From Fimbriimonas ginsengisoli Gsoil 348 (GTDB lineage: Bacteria > Armatimonadota > Fimbriimonadia > Fimbriimonadales > Fimbriimonadaceae): a DNA stretch of 64,000 bases. Below the pieces are notes generated by a model. It saw nothing but the letters and a program-made list of their open reading frames with translations, had not been told where the DNA came from and did not search any database. Below, one piece after another: positions 1-8,740 of the stretch. The DNA lies in contig CAMCVK010000012.1 in assembly GCA_945881865.1 (NCBI GenBank), positions 1,498-65,497 of the forward strand, read 5' to 3'. Position 1 is the first letter of the stretch. Each line of letters opens with the position of its first letter. The position numbers and the translations under genes are program-made.

Positions 1-185
1 AACTCCGCAGTTTGTCGATCCTCATCCTTCCGACGGATTATTCGATAAGCAAGCCAACAAACCCGGAACAGTATGACAAGAATGCAAAGATTTGTAGTAA
101 AGTTCCATTCTTTACCTTGTACCATGAGCTTGACGATCGGCAGACTAAGGGCGACCAGAGCACAGACCCAGAGGCACAGTTTCAA
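1..185 (-). CDS. Small two-TM membrane protein, putative immunity protein (runs off window start; absent from ORF track)
   Basis: Manual translation from TTG at 185, one nt after the RHS stop at 187: MKLCLWVCALVALSLPIVKLMVQGKEWNFTTNLCILVILFRVCWLAYRIIRRKDEDRQTAE, open to position 1. Two hydrophobic helices followed by a basic tail. Confidence 0.6.
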   Translation of the reverse strand, partial: MKLCLWVCALVALSLPIVKLMVQGKEWNFTTNLCILVILFRVCWLAYRIIRRKDEDRQTAE

Positions 186-186
186 C

Positions 187-954
187 TTAATGGACAAGTA
201 ACTGGCCCGCCTTATCTAGAATTTGCTCGGCCTCCGGCCCCTCCGTGTCCATATTAACGATCATCATTAATAGCACTATTTGAGATATAGCGCATAATAC
301 CATAATAGAGGTTATGCCAACGCCTAATGCTAAATACGCGTAGTTCATGCCTAATTGTCGGGGATCGCATGCAATGCCGGCTTGAATCGCAAGTTGAGCA
401 TTGGATATTCCTACCAAAACAGAGTTCAGAAGCTGCTTCACAATTTTGTCCACCGGATCTTGCGGCTCCCAAAATGCCTCCACCATTCCGGCAAGGGCGA
501 GCAGTGCAACAACTCCTAAGTTGAGGGCAAATTTGCCTGTTTCATCTACATTACCAACCGGCTTATTGTGGCAATAAATAAACCAGTTGTTCCCATCCAT
601 CGCACTATCCTCATTGATAAACCTTCCGACGCTCGGTTCGGAGTACCTAGCCCGCATGTAGATCATCGCGGATTCGTCGTCGGTCTTGTGCCCAAGGTTG
701 GCGCAGTAGCGGCCGGTTGGTTCGGTGTAGATGATCCCAAGCCGCAGGTTCCCCCACGGGTCATAGCTCCGCCGGTTCGAGACGTTGTATCCCGAGCCAG
801 ACTTGCTTAACGTCGCCACCATGTTGCCGTGTCCATCATACACCGGATACCAGACGTCACCGTTGGTGGACCCAATATCCACCCCACGCGCCCCAAGGCC
901 GTAGTTTGTGATGTTGAGGACGCCCGGCTTCACCTCGACGTCCTGCATGCCCAT
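187..954 (-). CDS. Orphan RHS core plus hydrophobic C-terminal putative toxin domain (cassette 3)
   Basis: RHS-associated core motifs YDGHGN, YDPWG, YMRARY.EPSVGRFI.ED, NW..Y..N.PV..VDETGK. The C-terminal 115 aa (187-534) are hydrophobic and AT-richer. Confidence 0.85.
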   Translation of the reverse strand: MGMQDVEVKPGVLNITNYGLGARGVDIGSTNGDVWYPVYDGHGNMVATLSKSGSGYNVSNRRSYDPWGNLRLGIIYTEPTGRYCANLGHKTDDESAMIYMRARYSEPSVGRFINEDSAMDGNNWFIYCHNKPVGNVDETGKFALNLGVVALLALAGMVEAFWEPQDPVDKIVKQLLNSVLVGISNAQLAIQAGIACDPRQLGMNYAYLALGVGITSIMVLCAISQIVLLMMIVNMDTEGPEAEQILDKAGQLLVH

Positions 955-984
955 CTGCCCGTCGTAGCAGGTATGGCTTTAAAA

Positions 985-1158
985 TCATTCTCTCCCGACC
1001 AGGATGTAGATCAGCGCGAAGATCGCTACTCCGAGCACAATCCCGGCCAAGGGAAAAACGGCCCGAAACTCTGGTGAACGATTCGGCGATCTCAAGAGTA
1101 AGGCGAAGGCGACGAGACCACCCACTAGTCCCGCAACGGCCGCCATCGTAAGAATCAC
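985..1158 (-). CDS. Small two-TM membrane protein, putative immunity protein
   Basis: GTG at 1158 overlaps the TGA of the upstream RHS cassette (GTGA). VILTMAAVAGLVGGLVAFALLL and VFPLAGIVLGVAIFALIYILV are two TM helices. Confidence 0.65.
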   Translation of the reverse strand: MILTMAAVAGLVGGLVAFALLLRSPNRSPEFRAVFPLAGIVLGVAIFALIYILVGRE

Positions 1159-1808
1159 GATCCAACCATCTCTATTTCGATCAGGCAAACCACGATGATG
1201 CCGAGTTGAAGGCCAAAGAGGAACGAAATTGAGGCAACGATTCCTAAGCGGGGTGCGAGCTTTGCCAAGCCTATTCCGCTACCCCAGACCGGCCCACATC
1301 GCGCCAAAATGGCAAAGAGGGTTGCAGCACCACCGCCGGCAAATGCCATGGTTAACGCAGTTTGTTGACTAGGATTAAAACTTGGGTCATACTTCTGCAT
1401 TTCAGCTACCGCATACTCGAATCCTGCCAACACGCCGCCCAACGCTCCAAGGAAGGCGGAGGCCACGACGCCCCACCATGCTAATACGCCGGCGATCACG
1501 GCTTTACCCGTGTAGTCGATATTCAAGCACGGGTCGTTGCCACCGTAGACATACCAGTTATATCCGTCTCGCGCCGGGTCCTCGCTGATGAACCGGCCGA
1601 CGCTGGGTTCGTAATACCTCGCGCCCATGTAGATCATCGCGGATTCGTCGTCGGTTTTGTGGCCTAGGTTGGCGCAGTAGCGGCCGGTCGGTTCGGTGTA
1701 GATGCTCCCAAGCCGCAAGTTGCCCCACGGATCATAGCTCCGCCGGCTCGAAACGTTGTATCCCGATCCAGACTTGCTTAACGTCGCCACCATGTCGCCG
1801 TGTCCATC
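1155..1808 (-). pseudogene. Orphan RHS core fragment plus glycine-zipper hydrophobic C-terminal domain (cassette 2)
   Basis: Homology to the other cores begins abruptly at DGHGDMVATL (~1808). The core ends at IDYTGK. The CT (1155-1505) is Gly/Ala-rich and hydrophobic. The ORF extension upstream to 1931 is non-homologous. Confidence 0.8.
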
Positions 1809-1887
1809 ATCCTTGCGGAAATGGGTGGCGGCCAACAGATATTCGGGCCACAGGAGCAGCTTCGACGAATCTGTCATCAATCTGACT

Positions 1888-2319
1888 TCAAGGTTGATGG
1901 CCATTGGCCAAATATTGAAGAATGCCCGCACACGTGCTGGACTGCATCAATGGGAGAAGCTTCTTGGCATCCGAGCTGGTTTCCGATGAAATCGAATGCC
2001 ATCGCGTCGCAGCGTCTTGATCGTACAAGGTCTGTAGCTTCAGCCTAACCCCGTCGCGTTCATCACTGGACGCATAGAATTCTGCCGGATCCAGCCAGCA
2101 TCGAAGGAGCAAAGAAAGCTGCTCTAGTTGGCGACTAGTTAGCGTTTGGATCCCTTCTAGCAAAGCCACATTAGCCGCTAGCCACATTCGAAACGCAAGG
2201 CGCTCTTCGCGTGAAAGCCTTAGCCGCCAGGAAATGAACTGTAGCCGAGTGCACCGACTGGTTGCCGACCACATGGCGCGAAGCAAAAGGATCGGTATTA
2301 GTAGAATCTTCGTGATCAT
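1888..2319 (-). CDS. Hypothetical protein, putative immunity protein of RHS cassette 1
   Basis: ATG overlaps the RHS stop (TAATG at 2317-2321). Hydrophobic N-terminus MITKILLIPILLL. No recognisable family. Confidence 0.45.
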   Translation of the reverse strand: MITKILLIPILLLRAMWSATSRCTRLQFISWRLRLSREERLAFRMWLAANVALLEGIQTLTSRQLEQLSLLLRCWLDPAEFYASSDERDGVRLKLQTLYDQDAATRWHSISSETSSDAKKLLPLMQSSTCAGILQYLANGHQP

Positions 2320-3464
2320 TAGAGAAAGTCATTCAAGATAACGTACAGAGCGATCTGTAGGAAGCCGGCATACGCTTCATAGAAGCCTTTCACATTTTGT
2401 GCAATGCCACCAGAGGGCGCTGAACCGGCAAGTGCGAAGTACCCCGAAAGCATCCCGTTCGATGCGAGGAAGCCGGCTGTCGGCAAGCTCCCGTTCATGC
2501 CCATGCCCGTAGCACCAAGCCATGCAACAATGCCCACAAGAAATGGCGCGATAAGTCGGGCCATTGTAGAATTCATTAGGCCAGATTCCCACATTCTCAG
2601 TCCGTCGAAAAGAAGGGCTTCGGCTACCTTCCCGCTCTGATCTACGCAGAGGACTGGGGCGTTATCGACGTAAGTCATCCAATTAGTGCCATCCCGCGCT
2701 GGATCCTCACTAATGAACCTTCCGACGCTGGGTTCGTAGTATCGGGCGCGCATATAGATCATCGCGGATTCGTCGTCCGTCTTATGGCCAAGGTTGGCGC
2801 AGTAGCGGCCGTTTGGTTCGGTGTAGATGCTGCCGAGCCGCAGGTTCCCCCACGGGTCATAGCTACGCCGGTTCGAGACGTTGTATCCCGAGCCAGACTT
2901 GCTTAACGTCGCCACCATGTTGCCGTGTCCATCATACACCGGATACCAGACGTCCCCGTTCGTAGACCCAATATCCACCCCACGCGCCCCAAGGCCGTAG
3001 TTGGTGATGTTGAGAACCCCCGGCTTCACCTCGACGTCCTGCATGCCCATCTGCCCGTCATAGCGGTAGTAGTTGTGCGTGCTGGCCTTCGCCTTGTGCG
3101 TCCGCATCCCGTCAGCCCGGTAGTCGTACGTGGTCACCGTGTTGGTGTAGTACTTGTAGCTGAGCATGCGGTTGAGGCAGTCCCAGGTCGTCGTCGCTTC
3201 TCTTCCGTTGCTATAGGTCCGCGTAAGGCGGTTGCCCAAGATGTCGTTGGTGTAGTTGGTCGTGCTCATCGCGGTCAACCGGTTCAGGTTGTCCACCGCT
3301 GTCGCATCGTTGCGGTTCCCCGCCGCATCGTAGGACCATGTTTTGGATGCGCCCGCGAGACCATCGGTGGTCGAGAAGGACGTTAGATAGTTCCGCTCGG
3401 CCTCGTAGCCGTAAGTTTCCGTCCAGTCGGTTGCGAACTGCGTGGGAGCCGACTCATTCTTCAC
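2319..3464 (-). CDS. N-terminally truncated RHS/YD-repeat protein with hydrophobic C-terminal domain (cassette 1)
   Basis: YD repeats (WSYDAAGNR, YTNDILGNR, TWDCLNRM, YDYRADGMR, YRYDGQ) precede a core ending in VDQSGK and a 103-aa CT. Probable start is GTG 3464. The upstream part of the 486-aa ORF overlaps vapC and is not RHS-like. Confidence 0.85.
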   Translation of the reverse strand: MKNESAPTQFATDWTETYGYEAERNYLTSFSTTDGLAGASKTWSYDAAGNRNDATAVDNLNRLTAMSTTNYTNDILGNRLTRTYSNGREATTTWDCLNRMLSYKYYTNTVTTYDYRADGMRTHKAKASTHNYYRYDGQMGMQDVEVKPGVLNITNYGLGARGVDIGSTNGDVWYPVYDGHGNMVATLSKSGSGYNVSNRRSYDPWGNLRLGSIYTEPNGRYCANLGHKTDDESAMIYMRARYYEPSVGRFISEDPARDGTNWMTYVDNAPVLCVDQSGKVAEALLFDGLRMWESGLMNSTMARLIAPFLVGIVAWLGATGMGMNGSLPTAGFLASNGMLSGYFALAGSAPSGGIAQNVKGFYEAYAGFLQIALYVILNDFL

Positions 3465-3607
3465 GTAAAAGGTCGAGCTCGCACAATGGCTGGGGATCAG
3501 ACGCCTGCAGGAGGAGGGCAAGCAGAGCTTGCCCGGTGAAAAGCGGCGGCAGAGCCGCTCGCACTCCAAAAACGGAACCGTAGGCGCCCGGTTTTCATAA
3601 CCGGCAC

Positions 3608-4009
3608 TTATGCAACCGGCCAGAGACGGACCGGAAGAAGCTTCGCGTATCGCGAGAAGTCCTCGTCCGTTGTCAGGATCGGGATGTCGTGCCGGCTGGC
3701 GACCGCACAAATCAGGAAATCCGTCGGGCCACCTTGGATCCCGGATGCTCGGCACAGGTTCGAAAATTCGGCGGCGCACTCAAAGTCTTCGGGAGCAAGC
3801 CCAAGGTCGGGGAAGGCGCGGAGAATCCGAACCAGGGCGTCGAACTGCTCGCGAGAGCGGATGCCGGTGAGGATCTCCTGCCGAATCGGTCCGATGATCG
3901 CCGCCGAACCGGCCGAAACGAGCTCCGAAACCGCCGGCGCCGTACGACTGTCGGGAGATCGGCGTCGGAGAAGTGCCGACCAGGCCGAAGTGTCGACGAG
4001 TACGGTCAC
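3608..4009 (-). CDS. vapC: PIN-domain ribonuclease toxin, VapC family
   Basis: VLVDTSAWS N-terminus, QEIL, D.LI.A.A, LTTDEDF acidic PIN motifs. 133 aa, overlapping the antitoxin stop. Confidence 0.9.
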   Translation of the reverse strand: MTVLVDTSAWSALLRRRSPDSRTAPAVSELVSAGSAAIIGPIRQEILTGIRSREQFDALVRILRAFPDLGLAPEDFECAAEFSNLCRASGIQGGPTDFLICAVASRHDIPILTTDEDFSRYAKLLPVRLWPVA

Positions 4010-4206
4010 CTCGTTTGGCGCGCCGCCTTATAGTCGTAGGCCGGATCGTAATCAATCGTGCCCGCGAGGCCCAAAATTTCGAGTTGCTGATGCCGCCGAA
4101 CGTACTCCGACAGCGCAAGGTTCACCGCCTCTCGCTTCGTACCCAAGCCCGAGATGGAGAGCACCTGCGCCACGAGCGCATCATCCAGCTTTAAGTTCGA
4201 CGCCAT
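4006..4206 (-). CDS. vapB: Type II antitoxin, VapB (ribbon-helix-helix, DUF2191-like)
   Basis: 66 aa with SNLKLDDALV...TKREAVNLALSEYVRR...IDYDPAYDYKAAR. ATGA overlap with vapC. Confidence 0.85.
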   Translation of the reverse strand: MASNLKLDDALVAQVLSISGLGTKREAVNLALSEYVRRHQQLEILGLAGTIDYDPAYDYKAARQTR

Positions 4207-4223
4207 GTGTCAAGTGTGACACA
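4206..4223. promoter_or_regulatory. Palindrome abutting vapB start, candidate TA operator
   Basis: TGTGTCA-AGTG-TGACACA inverted repeat. RHH antitoxins usually autorepress through such sites (inference). Confidence 0.45.
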
Positions 4224-4359
4224 CGCGAACCGCGGAACCCTGGGACCCAATTTTTTCAGCAGTCCCACCGGGGTGCAACCCGCAGAAACCGGCCACGTAT
4301 GGAAGTCGTGGGATCGCGGGGCCGCTATACTTGCGGTAACGGATTCCAGGAAACGAAAG

Positions 4360-5454
4360 ATGAGTTTGTGGCAAAAGATTAAGGGCGAGTTCGTCGATAT
4401 CATCCAGTGGACGGATGACACGCAAAACACGATGGTGTATCGCTTCGAGCGATATGGCAACCAGATCAAGAACGAGGCCAAGCTAACCGTTCGCGAGTCG
4501 CAGGTTGCGGTCTTCGTAAACGAAGGCGAGATCGCAGACGTGTTCGACCCCGGCATGTACACGCTCACGACGCAGAACTTGCCGCTGCTTAGCACGCTCA
4601 AGGGCTGGCAATACGGCTTCAACTCGCCGTTCCTCGCCGAGGTCTACTTCGTTAACACGAAGCGGTTTACCGACCTCAAGTGGGGCACGATGAACCCGAT
4701 CATGATGCGCGATCCGGATTTCGGCATCGTGCGGGTGCGCGCTTTCGGTAGCTACACGATCTCGGTGAAAGACCCGAGCGCGTTCCTGAAGAACGTTGTC
4801 GGAACCAACGGCGAGTTCACGACCGACTCGGTCGTCAGCCAGATCCGAAACGTGATCGTCGCCAAGTTCAGCGACGTCATCGGCCAAGCCAAGATTCCGG
4901 TCCTCGACCTCGCGGGTCGCTACGGCGAGATGAGCGAGTTCCTCGTCCAAAACGTGCAGCCTTCGCTGGACATTTACGGGCTGGAATTGCACCAGATGCT
5001 CATCGAGAACATCTCGCTTCCGCCGGAAGTCGAGCAGGCGATCGACAAGCGCTCCAGCATGGGCGCGGTGGGCAACCTCGATAACTATCTGAAGTTCCAG
5101 GCTGCCGATACGATGGGCAAGGGCGGCGGAAGCAGCACCATGGGCGACGCGCTGGGCGCAGGCCTCGGCTTCGCCATGGCGAACCAGATGGCAAATGGAC
5201 TTGGTGGAGGTGGAACGCCAACCGCCGCAACCCCGCCGCCCGTTCCGGCCGAAGTGACATTCTTCGTCGCGGAGAACGGACAGCAGACGGGGCCTTTTGG
5301 GACCGGAGTGCTTCAGCAGAAGCTTGCCGCCGGAACGTTCGGGGCTGAATCGCTGGTTTGGCGTGCCGGAATGGCGCAATGGACCAAGGCCGGAGAAGTT
5401 GCCGATCTTGCCAACGTGTTTGGGTCGGTGCCGCCGCCGCTGCCTCCGCAGTAA
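4360..5454 (+). CDS. SPFH/band-7 (YdjI-like) protein with C-terminal GYF_2 domain
   Basis: GEFVDIIQW...LTVRESQVAVFVNEG...PF.AEVYFVN...KWGT.NP, then FFVAENGQQTGPF...LVWRAGMAQWTKA, ending VPPPLP. Confidence 0.8.
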   Translation: MSLWQKIKGEFVDIIQWTDDTQNTMVYRFERYGNQIKNEAKLTVRESQVAVFVNEGEIADVFDPGMYTLTTQNLPLLSTLKGWQYGFNSPFLAEVYFVNTKRFTDLKWGTMNPIMMRDPDFGIVRVRAFGSYTISVKDPSAFLKNVVGTNGEFTTDSVVSQIRNVIVAKFSDVIGQAKIPVLDLAGRYGEMSEFLVQNVQPSLDIYGLELHQMLIENISLPPEVEQAIDKRSSMGAVGNLDNYLKFQAADTMGKGGGSSTMGDALGAGLGFAMANQMANGLGGGGTPTAATPPPVPAEVTFFVAENGQQTGPFGTGVLQQKLAAGTFGAESLVWRAGMAQWTKAGEVADLANVFGSVPPPLPPQ

Positions 5455-5463
5455 GCTTCAAAC

Positions 5464-6567
5464 ATGAGTGTAGCGGCCGCCGAAGGGGCGAAGCGATTTC
5501 CTTGCGCACAGTGCGGTGCCCTGCTCATTTATGTGCCGGGAACGGCGGTTCTCACCTGCACCTATTGCGGGTTTGAGAACCCCATTCCCGTTTCGGCGGA
5601 GGAGATCGAGGAGCTCGATTTCCATAAGTATTTGGAGATCGCGCGTGACGACGCTACGGCCGAGCACACGCAAACCGTAAAGTGCAACGCGTGCGCGGCG
5701 GAGTTCACGGCAAGTGGTGATGTCACGGCCGACGTCTGTCCGTTTTGCGGCTCAACGGCCATCATCTCGGTTCCGGCAGAAGTTCGCATCCGCCCGCGCA
5801 GCCTTTTGCCGTTCCACCTCAACAAGCTGCTGGCGATGACCGCCCTGGAAAAGTGGCTGGCCTCGCAGTGGCTCTCACCCAACGACCTCAAGCGTCACGC
5901 CCGGGAGACCGGTGGACTGCAGGGAATCTACGTGCCGTACTGGACGTACGACACGAACACAACGACGGCGTACTCGGGAATGCGCGGCGAGCACCATTAC
6001 CGAACCGTGTACTACACGGATGACGAGGGAAACCAGCAGTCTCGGCAGGAGCGCTACACGCTTTGGTTTCCGGCCTCCGGCGTCGTCTTTAACCAATTCG
6101 ACGACGTTCTTGTGGTCGCAACCGACGTGGTGCCCCAAAAGCATGCGGAGGGACTGAAAAGCTGGGATCTGCCGAGCCTAGTCGCATACCAAGACGAGTT
6201 CCTTAGCGGATTCCGCGCGGTTCGATACAAGAAGCCGCTGGACGTTGGGTTCGAAGACGCCAAGGGACAAATGGCGCCGGTCATCGATTCTACGATTCGG
6301 TACGACATCGGCGGCGACGAGCAGCAGGTTCACACGGCAAGAACTCAATACGATCAGATCACGTTCAAGCACATTCTGCTTCCGGTTTGGCTTGGTGCCT
6401 ACCGCTATCGCGACAAGGTTTACAACTTTTTGGTGAACGCGCGAACCGGCGAAGTCCGCGGCGACGCACCGCTGTCGTTCTGGAAGATCCTGTTGCTCAC
6501 GCTTTTGGCGATTGCGCTTGTCGGTGGATTCCTTTACTTCTACTCGCAAAACCAATCGGGTCGTTAA
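5464..6567 (+). CDS. Zinc-ribbon membrane protein (YdjG-like partner of SPFH protein)
   Basis: Four CxxC pairs (CAQC, CTYC, CNAC, CPFC), YVPYWTYD, ILLPVWL, and a C-terminal TM helix. Confidence 0.7.
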   Translation: MSVAAAEGAKRFPCAQCGALLIYVPGTAVLTCTYCGFENPIPVSAEEIEELDFHKYLEIARDDATAEHTQTVKCNACAAEFTASGDVTADVCPFCGSTAIISVPAEVRIRPRSLLPFHLNKLLAMTALEKWLASQWLSPNDLKRHARETGGLQGIYVPYWTYDTNTTTAYSGMRGEHHYRTVYYTDDEGNQQSRQERYTLWFPASGVVFNQFDDVLVVATDVVPQKHAEGLKSWDLPSLVAYQDEFLSGFRAVRYKKPLDVGFEDAKGQMAPVIDSTIRYDIGGDEQQVHTARTQYDQITFKHILLPVWLGAYRYRDKVYNFLVNARTGEVRGDAPLSFWKILLLTLLAIALVGGFLYFYSQNQSGR

Positions 6568-7565
6568 CGGCGGGCGATAGCTTCGTTCGTAAGCGAACGG
6601 GCGATGTGGGTGGCGCGAAGGCCATCTTCTCCGGTCGGAATCTCGGAGAAGTCGCTGGTGCGAAGAGCGTTGCCCCAGGCCCGGTACATCTCGTGAAAGC
6701 CCTTTTCGCTGGCGCTAGGGCCAACAACGACGCCGTCGCCATCTCGTAGTTCAAGGCGCCAGGTGCTGCGGTCGTAGCGAATCGTGCCGCCGGTGCCAAT
6801 GATGTCGTAGCTGAACTGCGGGGCTGGCTCTCGAACCGTGTGGCCGTAAGAAAAACTCATCTCAACCATCGTGTGAACGCCGTTCGCGTGATCCAGATGG
6901 GCGTAAACGTGATCGGGTGCCTCGTAATCGGCGACCCACGCCGCCGCCACCGACTGCCGCACGACTTCGGAATCCAGCCACCAGCGGGCAAGGTCGATGA
7001 AGTGCACGCCGCAATCCACCATCGGTCCGCCTTCCTGCATGCGACCTTGCCAGACCGGGTTCTCACCCCAAATTCCGGCGGCGTTCGGCGCGTACCTTCC
7101 GTGAAGCCCCCAGTCGTAGATGAGCCGAAGACTGCGGACCTCGCCGATCTTGCCTTCCACTATCCAGTCGCGAATCTGCGATGCCACCGGACTGAAGCGG
7201 TAGACGAATCCGATCATCAGCGGCAAGTCCGCCGAAGCCATGTGGGTCACGAGCTTGACCGCTTCGGCATCGTCCATCGCGATGGGTTTTTCGCAGAGAA
7301 CGGGGAGGCGATGCCTGGCGCAATCCACGACGTTTTGCAGATGCGCCCCGGCTGGGGAGGCGATGGTCACGGCATCAAAACCCGCAGCAAAAAAGGCGGC
7401 AAGGTCGTCCGTTCCGAGCGGCGAACTGTGGTTTTTGGCAAAAGTCGCCGCTTTGCCTGGCGTCGGGTCATAAACGGCGGCGAGCTCCAAGCCGTCGACG
7501 GCGCGAATGGCCGGCGCGTGCCCAAAATCGGCCACCGAGCCGGCTCCCATCAAGCCGATGCGCAC
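6564..7565 (-). CDS. Gfo/Idh/MocA family oxidoreductase
   Basis: RIGLMGAG Rossmann start, CEKP, DCGVH. GTG start overlaps the upstream TAG. Confidence 0.9.
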   Translation of the reverse strand: MRIGLMGAGSVADFGHAPAIRAVDGLELAAVYDPTPGKAATFAKNHSSPLGTDDLAAFFAAGFDAVTIASPAGAHLQNVVDCARHRLPVLCEKPIAMDDAEAVKLVTHMASADLPLMIGFVYRFSPVASQIRDWIVEGKIGEVRSLRLIYDWGLHGRYAPNAAGIWGENPVWQGRMQEGGPMVDCGVHFIDLARWWLDSEVVRQSVAAAWVADYEAPDHVYAHLDHANGVHTMVEMSFSYGHTVREPAPQFSYDIIGTGGTIRYDRSTWRLELRDGDGVVVGPSASEKGFHEMYRAWGNALRTSDFSEIPTGEDGLRATHIARSLTNEAIARR

Positions 7566-8638
7566 TAGGCGAACGCCCACACGGTGCCGATGAGGGAGAA
7601 AACAACCAGTGCCCCCGACATCCACGGAAGGCAGCCAAGCTTTCTACGGCTGTTCGCGCTGATCTCGATGTGGCCGCTGGGCGTCTCGTGCCGGGAAACA
7701 ATGTTTGCGGCGACGCCTTTTTCTTGAAGCGTCTTCAGCGTCTCGACCAGCTTGGCCAAGTCAGCCTCGCTGGTTCGGCTCTTGATTTGAATCTCCATGA
7801 GCGTTCGCTCCAGCTCAAGGCCGTGCATTGCCGCAATCTTGTGGAGTTCCGACTGTTCTTCCGGAGTAAAGAACTGATCCATGTTCCGAAGCACGTACTC
7901 CGGATAGCTGATCTCGCCTGACTTAAACCGCTGCTCCAGTTCGATGTTCGACCACTGGGCTAGGAGGTTCTCGTCTGGATCGGGCGGGTTTTTAGGATTC
8001 ATCGGATCGGAACTGGCCTCGTGAAATCTGTGCCTTGCGGAAGGCGGAAGGACCGTAACCATAATACTGGCAGTTGGTAGCTGAAACGTGGCGATGATTT
8101 TTGCGGGAGAGGAAACTGCCTTGCGGAGCCCCTGCAGCTGCCGAAGCCTTAACAAAAAGTCGGCCGCTTTGCCGACCAAGACCTGCTTCTCGGCTGCCCG
8201 AATCATCTCCTCGAACACGGCGGCGTCGCCGGTGCTAATCCAGGCTTGGCTCGCCAGCAAGTCGGGCGGAAGAATGATTTTCGACTGGGCGACGATCAGC
8301 TCCCGAATGAGCAGCGAAACCCGCGCCAAGGACTCATCCGCCGTCAGAGTGAGAGCCACGTTACTCGTTCGCAGCCGGCTAAGCGTGACTTCCCGCAGGA
8401 TGCGTACAAGCTCAAACTTCTGATCATGCGGTAGATACGCGGGCAATCGCTGCAAAATGCGGGCCGTAGAAGGGCCGATTCGCACTGGCATACCGCCTCG
8501 CCAGGATCTCATCAGGCGCTCTGAGTAAGCGGCCGCGCCAAGTCCGTACTCCGATCGAATGGCTTGCAGCAATTCCGCCTCTTGTGCGGCGGATACGCTT
8601 TTCAACACTTCCGAAAATCGGGTCGAAAACGTGCCCAT
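7565..8638 (-). CDS. Hypothetical helical protein with C-terminal TM anchor
   Basis: Long open frame coupled to the next gene, with a C-terminal hydrophobic helix. No family recognised. Confidence 0.65.
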   Translation of the reverse strand: MGTFSTRFSEVLKSVSAAQEAELLQAIRSEYGLGAAAYSERLMRSWRGGMPVRIGPSTARILQRLPAYLPHDQKFELVRILREVTLSRLRTSNVALTLTADESLARVSLLIRELIVAQSKIILPPDLLASQAWISTGDAAVFEEMIRAAEKQVLVGKAADFLLRLRQLQGLRKAVSSPAKIIATFQLPTASIMVTVLPPSARHRFHEASSDPMNPKNPPDPDENLLAQWSNIELEQRFKSGEISYPEYVLRNMDQFFTPEEQSELHKIAAMHGLELERTLMEIQIKSRTSEADLAKLVETLKTLQEKGVAANIVSRHETPSGHIEISANSRRKLGCLPWMSGALVVFSLIGTVWAFA

Positions 8639-8740
8639 GTGGGCGATGTCGGTTGGTCGGGTGAGTGCAGATGGCACCGAGTAGCCCTCTCGCCAGCGAA
8701 TCTGGAACGGGCGCTTCGAACCTCTCACCGGAAATAGTCC

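Larger units (their letters stand above)
535..3060 (-). repeat. Three dispersed copies of the RHS core DNA (~535-968, ~1506-1808, ~2631-3060)
   Basis: Near-identical blocks, e.g. AGACTTGCTTAACGTCGCCACCATG and TAGATCATCGCGGATTCGTCGTC, occur in all three copies, differing mostly by synonymous changes. Confidence 0.9.

Noticed and set aside
1897-1989. Plus-strand MAIGQILKNARTRAGLHQ resembling an XRE HTH start
   Set aside because: Only 30 codons, HTH core absent, and antisense to the putative immunity ORF. At best a remnant.
3465-3779. N-terminal 105 aa of the 486-aa RHS ORF
   Set aside because: Overlaps vapC in another frame, is Arg/Pro/Cys-rich and not YD-like. Treated as spurious extension.
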